Positions 41,201 to 53,307 of a DNA stretch of 64,000 bases are shown in pieces (position 1 is the first letter of the stretch; the number at the start of each line of letters is the position of its first letter). Position numbers and translations under genes: made by a program. This stretch comes from Marsupella aquatica (taxonomy: Eukaryota; Plantae; Marchantiophyta): the NCBI GenBank assembly GCA_973895155.1, contig OZ316896.1, forward strand, positions 23,145,722-23,209,721, given 5' to 3'. The notes under the pieces are model-generated. The model saw nothing but the letters and a program-made list of their open reading frames with translations. It did not search any database and was not told where the DNA came from.

Positions 41201-41586
41201 AGGAACAGGAGTAGCGGCCGAATTCCTCCTCCGCCCACAGAAGAATCAGCTGAGAATCCGCTCCAATCCAACTTCACGAATCCGCCCGAGCATGCGCGCC
41301 ATCCGAGGCCGAGGCGGTCCGCAGCAGCATTGCGGCTGGAACGCCCACTCGACCTCGATGTACACACGGAGCCAGCTGCCGCTGCCGCTGCTGCTGGAGG
41401 AGGCCACGGCAAGCGCCGTCATCTCGACCCGAAGACGCAGACGAGGACGCAGATGCCGAAGAAGGGGCTCTGCACGAGGAGCACGAGGAGGAGGAGAAAT
41501 CCGTGCGCACAGAAATTGCTCTGCTCCTGTGGTGCTGCTCGACAGCGTGCCTGCTGCGGAGAATGTTGCTGACAAGCAACACCCAT
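38281..41586 (-). pseudogene. Unresolved multi-exon gene or pseudogene; 5' part homologous to RFC3-like exon 1; possible last exon ending STYEAFEEARRIMEKYK*
   Basis: 41375-41572 aligns with 62195-62386; exon-like blocks with AG/GT borders (e.g. ~39190-39281 GRPVAQAGVGLAGVFFGIVSL, 38281-38424); I could not join them into one open frame. Confidence 0.3.
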
Positions 41587-41694
41587 GTTATTTGTGGCAT
41601 TTAGTGACACTACTTCGGTGTGTTTAGGCCCACAAAGCATTTACATACAAAGATTTTGAAATTTTTCACTTAATTTCTCATGTTTGGTTTCTTT

Positions 41695-41996
41695 TTTTGC
41701 CTTGAAACCGAAAGCTCAGGACCCATCCAACAGAGAATAATCTATATCAACTCCGGAACATGCACCTCTGTAGGGTAGCCCACAAGGGGGTCATACCCAG
41801 GACCAGGAGGGAGAGAGGGTTGGACCAGAGCCCAAAGCGGACCAGCCAGGGCTGAAGAAAAACCAATACTCCCACCACTACACCCCATCCACACACACAC
41901 TCACCCTCCACAACCCTTGCATGTTGAAGGGGGATTGAACCTGGGTCCTCTTAGTTCTAGGTTCATCCCCTGGCCAACTGACCATAGCCAATTGGT
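41695..41996 (-). mobile_element. tRNA-derived SINE, ~300 bp
   Basis: Minus-strand head GGCTATGGTCAGTTGG (A box) ... GGTTCAATCCC (B box); short A tail; 17-bp TSD TCATGTTT(G/A)GTTTCTTT (41678-41694, 41997-42013). Confidence 0.85.
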
Positions 41997-44900
41997 TCAT
42001 GTTTAGTTTCTTTCGCTCATGCACTGTCTGAGAAATTATTATATTTTCTGATCAAGAATTTTGCTTGGTGGGTCTGGTTGTAAGAAAAACTAGCTTGGTG
42101 AGGCAAACTTTTACAATACTTTCTTTGTGGGTTGCAAGCAATCACACTTGCCTGGTGCAGGGTGGCAGGTTACTTAGTACTGTCCCCAAATGCTGCTACA
42201 GAAAAAAAAAGTAAGGGCAACTGGGCTGGAAAAATGCAGTGGTTTAGAGTCAGCCAATGTTCAGGAAGGCTTCAATTTTTATTTTTATTTTTTGGGGGGG
42301 GCGGACAGAAGAGGACACCCTAGGCAGCGTCTCTCCTCTTCTAACACACTGCTCATTATAAAACACCTAGTCACTACAAGAACTTGCGACCCACCAAGAA
42401 AGTAGCCCATAAGTGCATCTCATCAAGCAGTTGTTGCGGTGTCCCTCCAAGCTAATTTCTTTTTCTTTTCAAATTATACCTCAATATCATATCATAAATT
42501 ATTTATCTAGATTTCGTTGTTTTACTATAAAGCTATTTTAGCACTCGTCAATTTTACATCTTAATGCTTAGAATATTCCCTAGATATACATCATTAAAGT
42601 TTGTCTTCTTCTCAAACACTCCAGATATCCGCAAAGTGCCTGAAAACCCAACGGGTTGAGTGAAGTTGAGTTTCTGCCATTAGGGCATCTGCATGGTCCC
42701 CGATTTTTCTCATTCAGCCGCTACAGGAAATTTCCATTTGTGGGCTTCACCAAAACCCAACTGTCGGGAAAAATTAACCCGAGGGGTCCATTTGAAACGG
42801 GTCACAACACCTGCCCTATCACCATTGATTTTTTGAAGGGTGCCGGCTTTGTTGTGCTGACTTATATTCAGGGTGGACACCAGTGCACTGACAGCCTGGA
42901 TTAGTGGCAGAAGCATTTTTGGGGAACCATAGGTTTTCAACCTGCAACCCAGTCTGCAACATTCCAATCAGTCATGGGAAACCTTTGTGGAACAGCTAGT
43001 TTGAGACTCCCTATCCAGTCATTTTATCCCCCTTGATTGGGTCTTTTGCTTGATGTATCATGTCAATCCCCGTTGATTGGGTCTTTTGTCAATGGATCAT
43101 GTCTCCCAATTAGGTGCCTTTTCTTGGGCAGTTTGAAATATACAATAGTGAAATACAAAGTCATCATTACACAGTATCGACCATATAATTACTGGCATGG
43201 CTCATGTGAGTAAGCTGCTTGTATCTGAGGGGCTTGTGGGGTTGAGCTCTGGCCAAAACATCTCATTAGTAGAGTTAGTAACAAATCTAATCTCCATGTA
43301 GCTCTTACAAATGGAATGGAGGTGAGTGAGTGAGGGAGTGAGTGACAGTATTTCCATCCACTTTTCTTTCTCAAGTTCTATGTCCTTACAGGTTTCCCCT
43401 AAGATCTAATCTGAGTTTGGCAGGAGTGGACCATTTCAAGTACTTCACAGCTATTGGATTGGAACAGCAGCATAACAGAGACCATAGACCAGATTCTTTT
43501 GTTGACAATGGTATAGATTGGGAGAACAAACTTGCCAATAAGGATCCCAGACTTTATAAAAGAATGAGGCAGCCATCCAAACAACCAAATGTTTCTGTGG
43601 GAAATCATATGACAAACAATTCATTTCACAATTGTAACCGGACATTCAAGATTGTGCATCGGGCAGCACAGACGAGAACATAGGATCTACTATGTAGGCT
43701 TCATGATAGATTTTCTTTGACAAATCTAGCCAAGGAGAAATTTTTTATTTGATCATTGTGCTCCAAGAATTCTGAGTATTTTACATTCAGGCTGATAAGG
43801 GCTATCTCTTTGAATAATGTTGAATCATATTATTATAACACTTGTCAAAAGCGTATGAGGCTATTGAACAGCTGTTGTTTTGGAAAAAAGTAAACATCCC
43901 CTTCGAATACAGTTGAAGCCTACTTTTTATGAAGACTGTCAAAAGTATATGAGGCTATCAACAGCTCTTATTGAACAGCTGTTGTTTTGGAAAACATTAA
44001 ACATCCCCTTCTAATAATTAAGCACGAAAGACAATCTCGAGGACAATCAATGCCCCTAATTGTACTAATCCGGGCAGGGAACCCTTCGGGCAGTTTTTGC
44101 TGCCACGTTGCCCTTTCAGGACCGGCCCAGGTCCTGCACACCAGGCAAGCAGGTCCCGCTCACCTTGGCGCCCTCCACCCTACAAATGCCCTCCGCCAGC
44201 CCTCCGTCTGCCCTTCACCCGTCCGTCAACCATAATGGGTCCCACAACACCCCCGTTGGGAAGCCATCGCATCAAGCCCGTTGCACAACCCCGTCGGCCG
44301 ATCCGCCTGTCAATGTATTGAGTATGTCGTTCGATACATTCATTCTCTACATCCTATGAGGTCACATAGGCCTGGTATGCTTTCAAAATTGCACTCAAAT
44401 GGCGGGCAAATATAGATATACAAATCCTAAGAGGTAATATAGGCCTGATATAGTTTCAAAATTGCTCTCAAATGGCAGACAAATATGGATATACAAAGGA
44501 TTTAAGTGCTACAATGATTTTTTTTCATAGGATAGTGGTTAAGATATGGGGATGCATTCGTGGGCTCAATTGAGTGTGGGCCTCATAAATAGCCAAAAAA
44601 GAATTTGGATAGGGAGAAATTTATACGGGAATAAAATGAGTACCTACTTAATCAATCAGAAAAACTCAACGGTATAATAGAATTCAAATTCACTTGAATT
44701 ACAAAAGAGTAGCCCTTAATAAGACACAATTCAAGTTTAATGAGAGTCACTTAAAAATATCATATTGATAAATGATAATGGGATTCTATTCTATAAGATA
44801 TGTTAAGGGGAGGTCAGAAAAATTCAATCCCAACCTTATCTTCCCAGCTAAGTTACTTCAAAGCGTAAACCTATTGAAGAGAAAATTCTCAGGACTCCCA

Positions 44901-45197
44901 CTCATCCACCCCGTAATGGGGAAAGGAGTTTAGGGTTGCTCCTTTTCATGTTGGATAGGAAGGGGCCAAAAAGAATTAGGAGTGAAGGGCTGTGCTTGGT
45001 TTTCCAGTCTGGTTTTGTTGGGGACAGCGGGAGCTAGTTGAGTCTTTTTAGGTGTGGAAGGGGACAAAGAACAGTGTTGAGCATATCCACCCGATAGCTG
45101 AGCAAGAAAATTAGCAGATTCATAAGGGCTGAGTAGATTGGACTGGATTGAGCCGATGTCGAAAGGCTAAGGGGATTGGAAGAGGCACCAACATCTA

Positions 45198-46200
45198 CAC
45201 TGTTCACCGTAATTAGTGTGAGTAACACTAATTCGAGAGCGCCCGTTTTCGGGGTCTACTCGCGAATTAGTGTTAGTCACACTAATTCCGAGCAAACACT
45301 AATTACGCGCGCGGTAAATAGTGTTACGTAACACTAATTCACGTGAGTTTTTGGGTCGTATCGCGCGACGCCAAAATGATGGGATTTCAAATGTTCTTGA
45401 CATCCAGGCCTCTCATCACAGGCTCTTTGTTAGGGTGTTCAGCCGTCACTCTCATTCAGTCTAACATTGAGGTTGCTAGAAGTGGATCGTTGCTGCTTGG
45501 TTGATATTGTTGCTCATTGATCGATCCTTGTAGTCCTACTGCCAAGTTGATTGCTGGTGCTATTGTGCTGTTGAACGTGAGTTGCTATTGCGATGCTGAA
45601 CAGTCGCACCTACTGTGAAGTTGAAGTTGCTAGCTTGAATCGTGAGTTGCTACCTCTGTAGCTATTGGAATCCATTTGGGTCATTGTTGCTCTTGCTACT
45701 GCAAAGTTCATTGGATCAGTACGTGTAATCAGTCTTTGCTTGGAGAACTCTCACAGAGTAGAAATTGATAAATTGAAGTAATACGTGTAATCTAATTTGC
45801 ATCTTATACATGTAATCAATCTCTGCTTTGAGAAACCTGAGTAGAAATTGATCACTGCCTAGATCAATTGATTGTTGGCTTTAGAAATTGTTGGCTTCAG
45901 AAATTGATTGTTGGCTTTAGAAATTGTTGACTTCATAAATCTATTGTTGGCTCCACGACTACAAAGCTTTGACTCCACGACTACAAAGCTTTGACTCCAC
46001 TACTACAGAGCTTTCACTTCCAGGTGCTCTATAGTGTGTTAAACAAAATATTTAAAACAAAACCTCAAAAAAAGATTGTACAAACCGACACCAATTAGTG
46101 TTACTTTTGCTTCCAGACCAAGTTCACATAAATTAGTGTGACTAACACTAATTTGGACATAACACTAATTCTGGCATAACACTAATTACGGTGAACAGTG
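45198..46200. mobile_element. Non-autonomous CACTG (EnSpm/CACTA-like) element, 1003 bp, nested in the 3.9-kb element
   Basis: Perfect TIR CACTGTTCACCGTAATTAGTGT; TA on both sides; many AACACTAATT subterminal repeats in both orientations. Confidence 0.88.
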
Positions 46201-47048
46201 TAGATGATTTGGACTAGAGTGGGGCCATGTGAGACACTATGGCTACGGGGATTGGAAATTTTTAGCATCCATAAGGTTCAGCAAAGTCAGAGAGGACTAA
46301 GCAGATTCATAAGGACTTAGCAGATTGGAGAGGACTACCGACGTAATAGATCTGGAAGAGAATCAAATTAAAGCAACAAGGATATTGCTTGGAATACAGT
46401 GGGGCCGACATCTATAGCTATGGCTATTGAGAAGCTAGATTCCAAACAGCCAGCAAGTGAAAGCGTGAAGGAAACAATTCATAATCCATTTCACAAGGTA
46501 CTTATATTGCTTATTCCAAGAAGTTTTCTTTTGTGCTCTAAGTGGACTATCGGTTCCCAAGAAAGTTTGTTAGTTTCTTGTCTTTCATTCATTTCTTTCT
46601 CTAATTTTCATTCATTCTTTCATGCAAAGTCCAACATTGTACACAGTCTGGCACTTTACAGAGTTTAATGCAATTTTATATGCAATCTGGACAAATTTTT
46701 TGGTGGCCGTGACTCTTTGATCTGTTTTTTTACAAAAATTTGCTTTTCAGTTTACTCTACTGAGTTTAATGCACATTTCTTATGCAAAGGCTGACGGCGA
46801 ACAATCTTTTGGTTGGAGTGACTCTGTGATCTGTTCTTTTACGAAAACTTTCCTTTTCAGTTGCCTGTGCAAAAATCTACATAGATTTGCAGAATTGTCA
46901 ATAGATTTTGGTCTATGTGCTATGTGATTTGTTCTTTGACAAAGCCTTTCTTTTTCACTTATCTTTGCAGAGTTCTAAATAGATTACCGTGGTCCAATCT
47001 GCATAAGGACAATCAAAATCTTTGTTTACTTCAATTCTCTCTTTGCAG

Positions 47049-47150
47049 TTTTTTTAAAATACTTGGTCACCTGTGTACGTAACTGCGTTAACATTCTAGT
47101 TGAGGGGAGTATAACTGTACATCTCAACCAGGACCAAGTATTTAAAAAAA
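47049..47150. repeat. ~100-bp inverted-repeat-bounded element directly upstream of the cargo ORF
   Basis: TTTTTTAAAATACTTGGTC ... GACCAAGTATTTAAAAAAA. Confidence 0.6.
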
Positions 47151-47688
47151 ATGAAACCAAAACAGAAAGAAGTAAAAGAAGATCGAAAGAATGTGGATTA
47201 TTTTTCAGGGCAACCTGGAAAGAGGAAGCGAGATGAAGACTTTGAGAAAAGTGAAGGATTAGGTTCTAGACGACCTAAAACATCTGCAACTTATGAATGG
47301 GAGCAGAATCCAAGGTTTTGGAAGATTTTCAGGTTTTTATTGGGAAAATTTCAGGTAAACAAAATCGACACCACTGTTGAAGACTTGATTCAACAAAAGC
47401 ATCAATTCTTTTTCATTGTTGATCTACCAATGTGGCATGGTGAAGATATTATCATTAAGGATTCTAATGAGAAGCCATTGTTCTACTTTCTGAAAAATGC
47501 CCTACAAAGACCCTTCAAGAATGACCCTACCTTCCAAGGATTAAAAGCTCTTCAAGAGCTTGTGACAGCGTACCCACCAAATCGTCCAACGCTCACAATG
47601 TGAGATTCAAGGGGAGACACATTCCTCTTAACTCTGGGGTTCATCATTTGGCATTTTGGCATGGAGTTGGTCATAAAACTTTCCCTGC
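47151..47688 (+). pseudogene. Transposon cargo ORF fragment, possibly the N-terminal part of a TET/JBP-like 2OG-Fe(II) dioxygenase
   Basis: 150-aa ORF with NLS-like KRKR, IIIKDSNEKPLFYFLKNAL, LQELVTAYPP; continues past the stop (DSRG) and a frameshift as GVHHLAFWHGVGH, then is cut by the right TIR. Family assignment rests on recalled motif resemblance only. Confidence 0.4.
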
Positions 47689-48259
47689 GGTTGACGGACG
47701 GGTGAAGGGCGGACGGAGGGCTGGCGGAGGGCATTTGTAGGGTGGAGGGCGCCAAGGTGAGCGGGACCTGCTTGCCTGGTGTGCAGGACCTGGGCCGGTT
47801 CTGAAAGGGCAACGTGGCAGCAAAAACTGCCCGAAGGGTTCCCTACCCGGATTAGCACAATTAGGGGCATTGATTGTCCTCGAGATTGTCTTTCGTGCTT
47901 AATTTCTAATACAGTTGAAGCCTACTCTTTATGAACACTGTCAAAAGTATATGAGGCTATCAACAGCCGGAAAACAAATCAATGGAATCAGGCAGTTTTG
48001 CCCTTCAAGACAAAATGCAGTTATCCACTATGGATTGGCAGATGATCTACAACAAGTTTTGACTGTGATAGCTTGAAAATGGTATGGACCAAATATTATA
48101 AAATACCAAGTAAATACCAATGGAAGATTCCCTGTCTAGGCATTACCGCTTTCCATAGACTTAATATAAATTTCCAAAGGCCTACTATGAAATTCCATCC
48201 ATAGATTATGGCTCCCAGGTGCGTCATGCCCAGAAATTACGGAAATGTATGGAATTAGC

Positions 48260-48677
48260 CCAGGTTTAACCTGACGGGCAAGTTGACGGCTTGCCGGGCA
48301 TGTAAAACCGTCAAATGATGGCCAAAAATTTTGCAATTTGACGCATATTCTGTCTGATTCCCCAGACTCCCACTGACCCCGGGTCGACCCAACCCAAACC
48401 CCAGCCCACCCAAACCCGGCCCGGACTTCCTTGGACCCAACCCCGGCCCACCGAACCCAACCCAACCAAACCCAGCCCAGATCCCCGCCCGGACCCTGCC
48501 CCAGCCCACCCGAACCCGGCCCGGACCCTGCCCAAACCTGGCCCAACCCGGCCAGGACCCCACCCGAACCCCTCCCTACCCTGCCCTGGACCCGACCCCG
48601 ACTCTGGGAGACCAGGCAACCAGGATGACAGTTTGACGGCCTCCAGCGCCCAATTTGACGGGCAAGGTCAAACCGGG
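48260..48677. mobile_element. hAT-like non-autonomous element with C-skewed core, copy 3 (more distant subfamily)
   Basis: Termini CCAGGTTTAACCTGACGG / GGCAAGGTCAAACCGG(G); approximate TSD GAATTAGC / GGATTAGC; TTGACGG subterminal repeats; ACCC-rich interior. Confidence 0.7.
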
Positions 48678-50102
48678 GATTAGCAGACAAATTTACACAC
48701 GGGTAACAGTGACACCAACCCAAACCTATATGATTTGAAATAATGGAATAGACTAGCTTGAGTGCTTGTTTTTTTAATTGAGTGCTCAAAAAATAGAGGT
48801 GAAAACATTCAAAGCCCTAGCCATTTAAGAGACTCGCCCTTTCCTTTTTCCACTCGCACCGGCCTTGAGTTCAGTCATGCCCCCCCCAAATCTAGTGTCT
48901 ATATCGAGGCTTCACTTAGGGGTGTCTGTACAAGCTTTGGGTGCACTTTCAACATTTTTCTGATCCTCAAGATGTGATCGAGGCCATTCATTGGGGAGCT
49001 ACAGCTGCTGTTCACTTTACAAGGCATGGGGGCCCTTTCTTTCCAAACTATTCTCCATTCTACATAGAATGGAGTGGGGCAAAAATTTCTTCATATTCTC
49101 CATTCTTGCTTATATGGAGCTCATTTTTGCCCCAGATTTCAGACCACCTCTCTTGAAGATCTCTTCATCTAGCCGCTTAGTAACTTCCTGTTTTCCTTGA
49201 AATTAGTCGCTTCCTATTTTGAACTGTCTTTTACATTTTAAATGGACCCACATGAACCTCATAGTATCTTAGAGCAAGAAGGGCCCTAGCCAAAGAACTA
49301 TGTAACTACTAAGGGGTGAGCTAGGGGGGCTTTACAAGACGGCGGGAGCCGTTCAGTGTCCCTCCATCCAAAGCAAAGCTGACGGCCACTTCCATATATA
49401 CACTATTAAAGCTAAAATCCCTGAGCCAAAATGTACTAGGTCTGGAAGTTATGAATGCAGTTCTTTGAAAAGAAGCGGTCGATTGCTCCATTTTTTAGAG
49501 GAGGTCTAAGTGTTTGACAGAAAGACGTGTACACATCAGCAAAAAAAAGGGATCCCCAAGACTCTCGCTGACAGATGACGGTTTGGTAATGGTTTTGCTT
49601 GATTGCGCCCCCAAGTTCATGTACAGTGAAGTTTGGCCTGTTCCCACATTTGAATGACTAGGATTGCATGTCACACATAGATAAAAAAAACACTGCTGCC
49701 CCCAACTTCTTGTAATGCCACCCTTAGGCACAGTGGGTCCCCATACTTGTCTCCTAGCAGATTTCTAACAGCAATTGCTGCACTTGGTTTTACAAGACAT
49801 TGGGGTCCATAAAATGATCCCAAACTCTCACTTAGCTACACTACCCTTAGGATGTTAAATGGCCCATATATTAGCTTTAGTAAAACAACACTCATAGTGC
49901 CCCCAAGGTCTTGTGAAGCCACTCTTAGATAGTATGCCCTAAAAAGTAGCTTTCCATGGGATCTAGAAGCCTCACTCAAGCCTTTAGAAAGTCAATCCAG
50001 AAAGAGCTTTCCTTTTTGCACAGTTGCTATCATGTGAAATGGGGAATGCCACAGTTTTATTATTTTTGCAGTTTGCTATTATTTGCTTGAACAACCCTTA
50101 AA

Positions 50103-50308
50103 TACTTTGCCATTAAAGATGTTCCAATTGACAATATTGGCACTGTCTATTCTGTTTGTATTTTACAAATATGCCTTGGTTTTGTATATGGACGACAAGT
50201 TCACCAATGTAACCAAGGTAGCCAAATACAAAAATTGTGACATATTTGTAAATACAATAAAAAGAATGGCAATATCGTACATTCAAACATCTTTAGTGGC
50301 AACGTAGT
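50103..50308. mobile_element. MITE-like element, copy 1
   Basis: TTGCCATTAAAGATG ... CATCTTTAGTGGCAA inverted repeat; related copy at ~51290-51546. Confidence 0.6.
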
Positions 50309-51010
50309 TCAAAGTCATTTGCCAAAATCAATGGTCCAGATCTGACCACACATAGACCTAATGGTCACAATGTGACTGTACAATTTTTCTCTACTCCAAG
50401 GCTCCTCAGGGTGTCATAAGTGCTACATTCCCAAAATACAAAAGATAACCATGCCTGGTCTAGAGGCTTCACTCTATACCCCTGAAAATTAGCTTTCCAT
50501 GGCTCCTTATATAGTTAGATTACTCTTACTATGTCACCTCCAGCAAAGTAGTTAACTTTTTCCATATATGTTATTATTATATAGTTAGGTTATACCTGGG
50601 ATTATACTAGATTGCTCTTGTTGTGTCACCACCAGCCTGCGTTGGCAGGGTCATGCCACAAGACTTGTCAAAGCAACAGTTCCATCAGTTCTGGATCAAC
50701 GCCCTACTGATCTGGTTTTCTCTCGGGCTGGTGTTTGAGCCCTTGGAGATGTGGCAGTGGCAGACCTTACTAGTGCAACCAATGTTGCAGTGGCAGTCTA
50801 TGGGGCTCGTCACCTGTCCTTTGACTGATTCTTATGATCATGTGCGGTACATTATATAGAGCGGAAGCCTTCTGCCTCAATGTGTCATCACAATTTTGTT
50901 TAGAATGAAGGGTGTTTGTCACACTTCAAAGGGCTCAAACATTCACTATTTTTAATTATAGGGGTGAATAGGTTGGTTTTAGGGCCTCTAGTCAAATTTT
51001 CTTGCTCAAC

Positions 51011-51131
51011 TCTCCCATGCAGTTCACCTGGAGCTCTACCAGGCTCTTCAGTTTGTCATTAGGTAGGGTTCTCCCATGCAGTTCACCTGAAGCTCTACCA
51101 GGCTCTTCAGTTTGTCATTAGGTAAGGTTCT
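51011..51131. repeat. 59-bp tandem duplication
   Basis: TCTCCCATGCAGTTCACCTG...TTAGGTA(G/A)GGT present twice. Confidence 0.85.
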
Positions 51132-51289
51132 TAGGTTTTTTGTTAGCTGGTTTTGTGGTGGACTTTTGTCCGGACCCTGACCTTTTGGTATTTTTGTTGA
51201 TTGGGTCTTTCACCTATGGGATGTCTCTTGGTTGGGCCCCTTTTTTTTGGCAGTTTGATATACATATACTATCAACAACTTTTAATTTT

Positions 51290-51546
51290 GTTGCCATTAA
51301 AGATAGATGGTACAATTGACAATCTTGCCACTCTTTTAAATTATATTTACAAATATACCACAGGTTTTTATATGGTTCTCGTGGCAAATATACCACAGGT
51401 TTTATAATGATTCTTGTGGCTAAGTTGGTGAACTCATTGTCCATGTACAAAACAGACAGCGGCATGTTTGTTCAGATACAAACAAAAAAACTGTCAGAAA
51501 ATAATTGTCAATTGGAAAAGTACTTGATCTTTAGTGGCAACGTAGT
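51290..51546. mobile_element. MITE-like element, copy 2 (interior inverted)
   Basis: GTTGCCATTAAAGAT ... ATCTTTAGTGGCAAC inverted repeat; internal segment is the reverse complement of a segment in copy 1. Confidence 0.6.
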
Positions 51547-52603
51547 TAGGTGCAATGACAAAGTACTGTAGTTAATAAATTTATATCATATTATCCAACA
51601 TATAACTGCAGTGGCAAAGTACTGTAGTTAAAAAGTTGATATCATATTATCCAACATATAACTAGACCACAGGCACGGATTGTATCGCGTATTTACAGCT
51701 TCACCCTCTTTTGCCTAAATTGAAAGTTGCACCCTTTCATAGTGGTCGTCTTTTTCAAATTTGACGGGGCTGTTGGGAAATATATTTGGTGAGAATGAAA
51801 AAATGGATGCATGCTTGTCCAAGCAAGAAGAAAAAGTACTAGTGAGAAAGTTAAGTATTCCTTGTACCATCCAAGAAGTGCTCCTCCCTCTACCATTCAT
51901 GCATATGAAATGCTACATACTCCATCTATTGTATGATAGTCTTTTGTAATAATGACATAAGTTCAATTGCAAATATTGCACAATCAATAAATTAGTGCAC
52001 AATGTAATCAATGAGAGACCAAAAATAGTGAAAAAGAGGGAAAAGAAGGAGGGGGGGTGTTAAGGTTCAAAAGGAAATATAAATAAATAAAATTAAAAGA
52101 ATAAAAAAAATTCACTTTGTTGTACTTGGGTATTGCCTCGTTTTTTGCATCATGATTTCTTTTGTTTGACAATATTTTACTCGAGATATCTTTTACCCCA
52201 AGATATCTTTTCTTAATTGCATCTTTAGCATGACGTCATCTATTATGCATTGACATCTTTTGCTGAACAATATCTTTTTATTAGTAAAGTACATCTTTTG
52301 CGCAACAACATATTTTATTATTTATTATGCATCGACATCTTTTGCCGAACAATATCTTTTAGTAAAGTATATCTTTTGCACAACATAATATTTTATTTAA
52401 CTACATCTTTTGAATAACCACATATTTACACAACAATATCTTCTCTGCAATAGGGATTCAAATCATACATAACAGAAATGCCTTGTGGGTATCATCCCCA
52501 CTTGTGGGCTACTCTATCATGCATAACATAAATGCCTTGTGGGTATCACCCCCTTGTGGAGCTACAGTATAGTGATGCATACTCCAAAGTAAAACGTCTG
52601 TCC

Positions 52604-52890
52604 CTCGGGGGGTTAACTTAGTGTATATTTTGGGATACCACGTGCGATCCTAGCCTAATACAAACACACATATTTTATAATGGGAATATTCCAAAAACAT
52701 TCTTTATTTTCAATATTAATGACTTATTTTACTTTATAAAAGGTATATGTTAGAGAATATTCTATAAATATTGGTCTATAACACCTTCTTTTGCTTCCTA
52801 CGCTTTTAAAAAATTTAGCTAATTTTTATGAAAAATACTTATTTTGGATCGTACGTGGTTCCTAAGATTTTTTATAGTCAACCCCCCGAG
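52604..52890. mobile_element. MITE, 287 bp, 8-bp TSD
   Basis: TIR CTCGGGGGGTT(A/G)ACT extended by ACCACGTGCGATCC / GGATCGTACGTGGT; TSD GTCTGTCC (52596-52603, 52891-52898); AT-rich interior. Confidence 0.85.
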
Positions 52891-53307
52891 GTCTGTCCTC
52901 TCTTGGATGGGTGCACTCCAAAGCAAAGCTTCTATCCTCTCTTGGATGCGTCAGTGGTGCATATTCCAAAGGAGAAAGTCTATCCTCTCTTGGATGCCTT
53001 GAGACAGGATCGAGGACAGGATTCCAAAGGTGTAAAACCTCATAAAAGGGGGGGCCTTTGAGTTATTGTGCCCCATTTGAAGCTCATTGCTCGCGCAGAA
53101 TGTGCACTCGCAAATTGCTGACCGAACACTGAACTCTGCACAGAATTTTCACAGACCTCAGAATTTCAAGTTGCATGGAGAGTCACGATACGGTGGTGTC
53201 CGTCGTCAAGGTCAACTTCTCAGATTTGACAAGCCCAAATTCGTCTTAGCAGTGTTACAAAAGGAAGAGAAAAGGCTTGTACTCCTTGTACATTTGCAGT
53301 GGCAGCG

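Larger units (their letters stand above)
44017..47903. mobile_element. 3.9-kb TIR DNA transposon (ATT...AAT family) with 215-bp TIRs
   Basis: 44017-44231 is the near-perfect reverse complement of 47689-47903; 8-bp TSD TTCTAATA (44009-44016, 47904-47911); the flanking ~100-bp tandem repeat resumes in register; terminus ATTAAGCACGAAAGACAATCTCGAG resembles copies A and B. Confidence 0.93.

Noticed and set aside
43987-44359. Duplicated ORFs MPLIVLIR/MPFQ (also 47552-47870)
   Set aside because: Artefact of the 215-bp TIRs.
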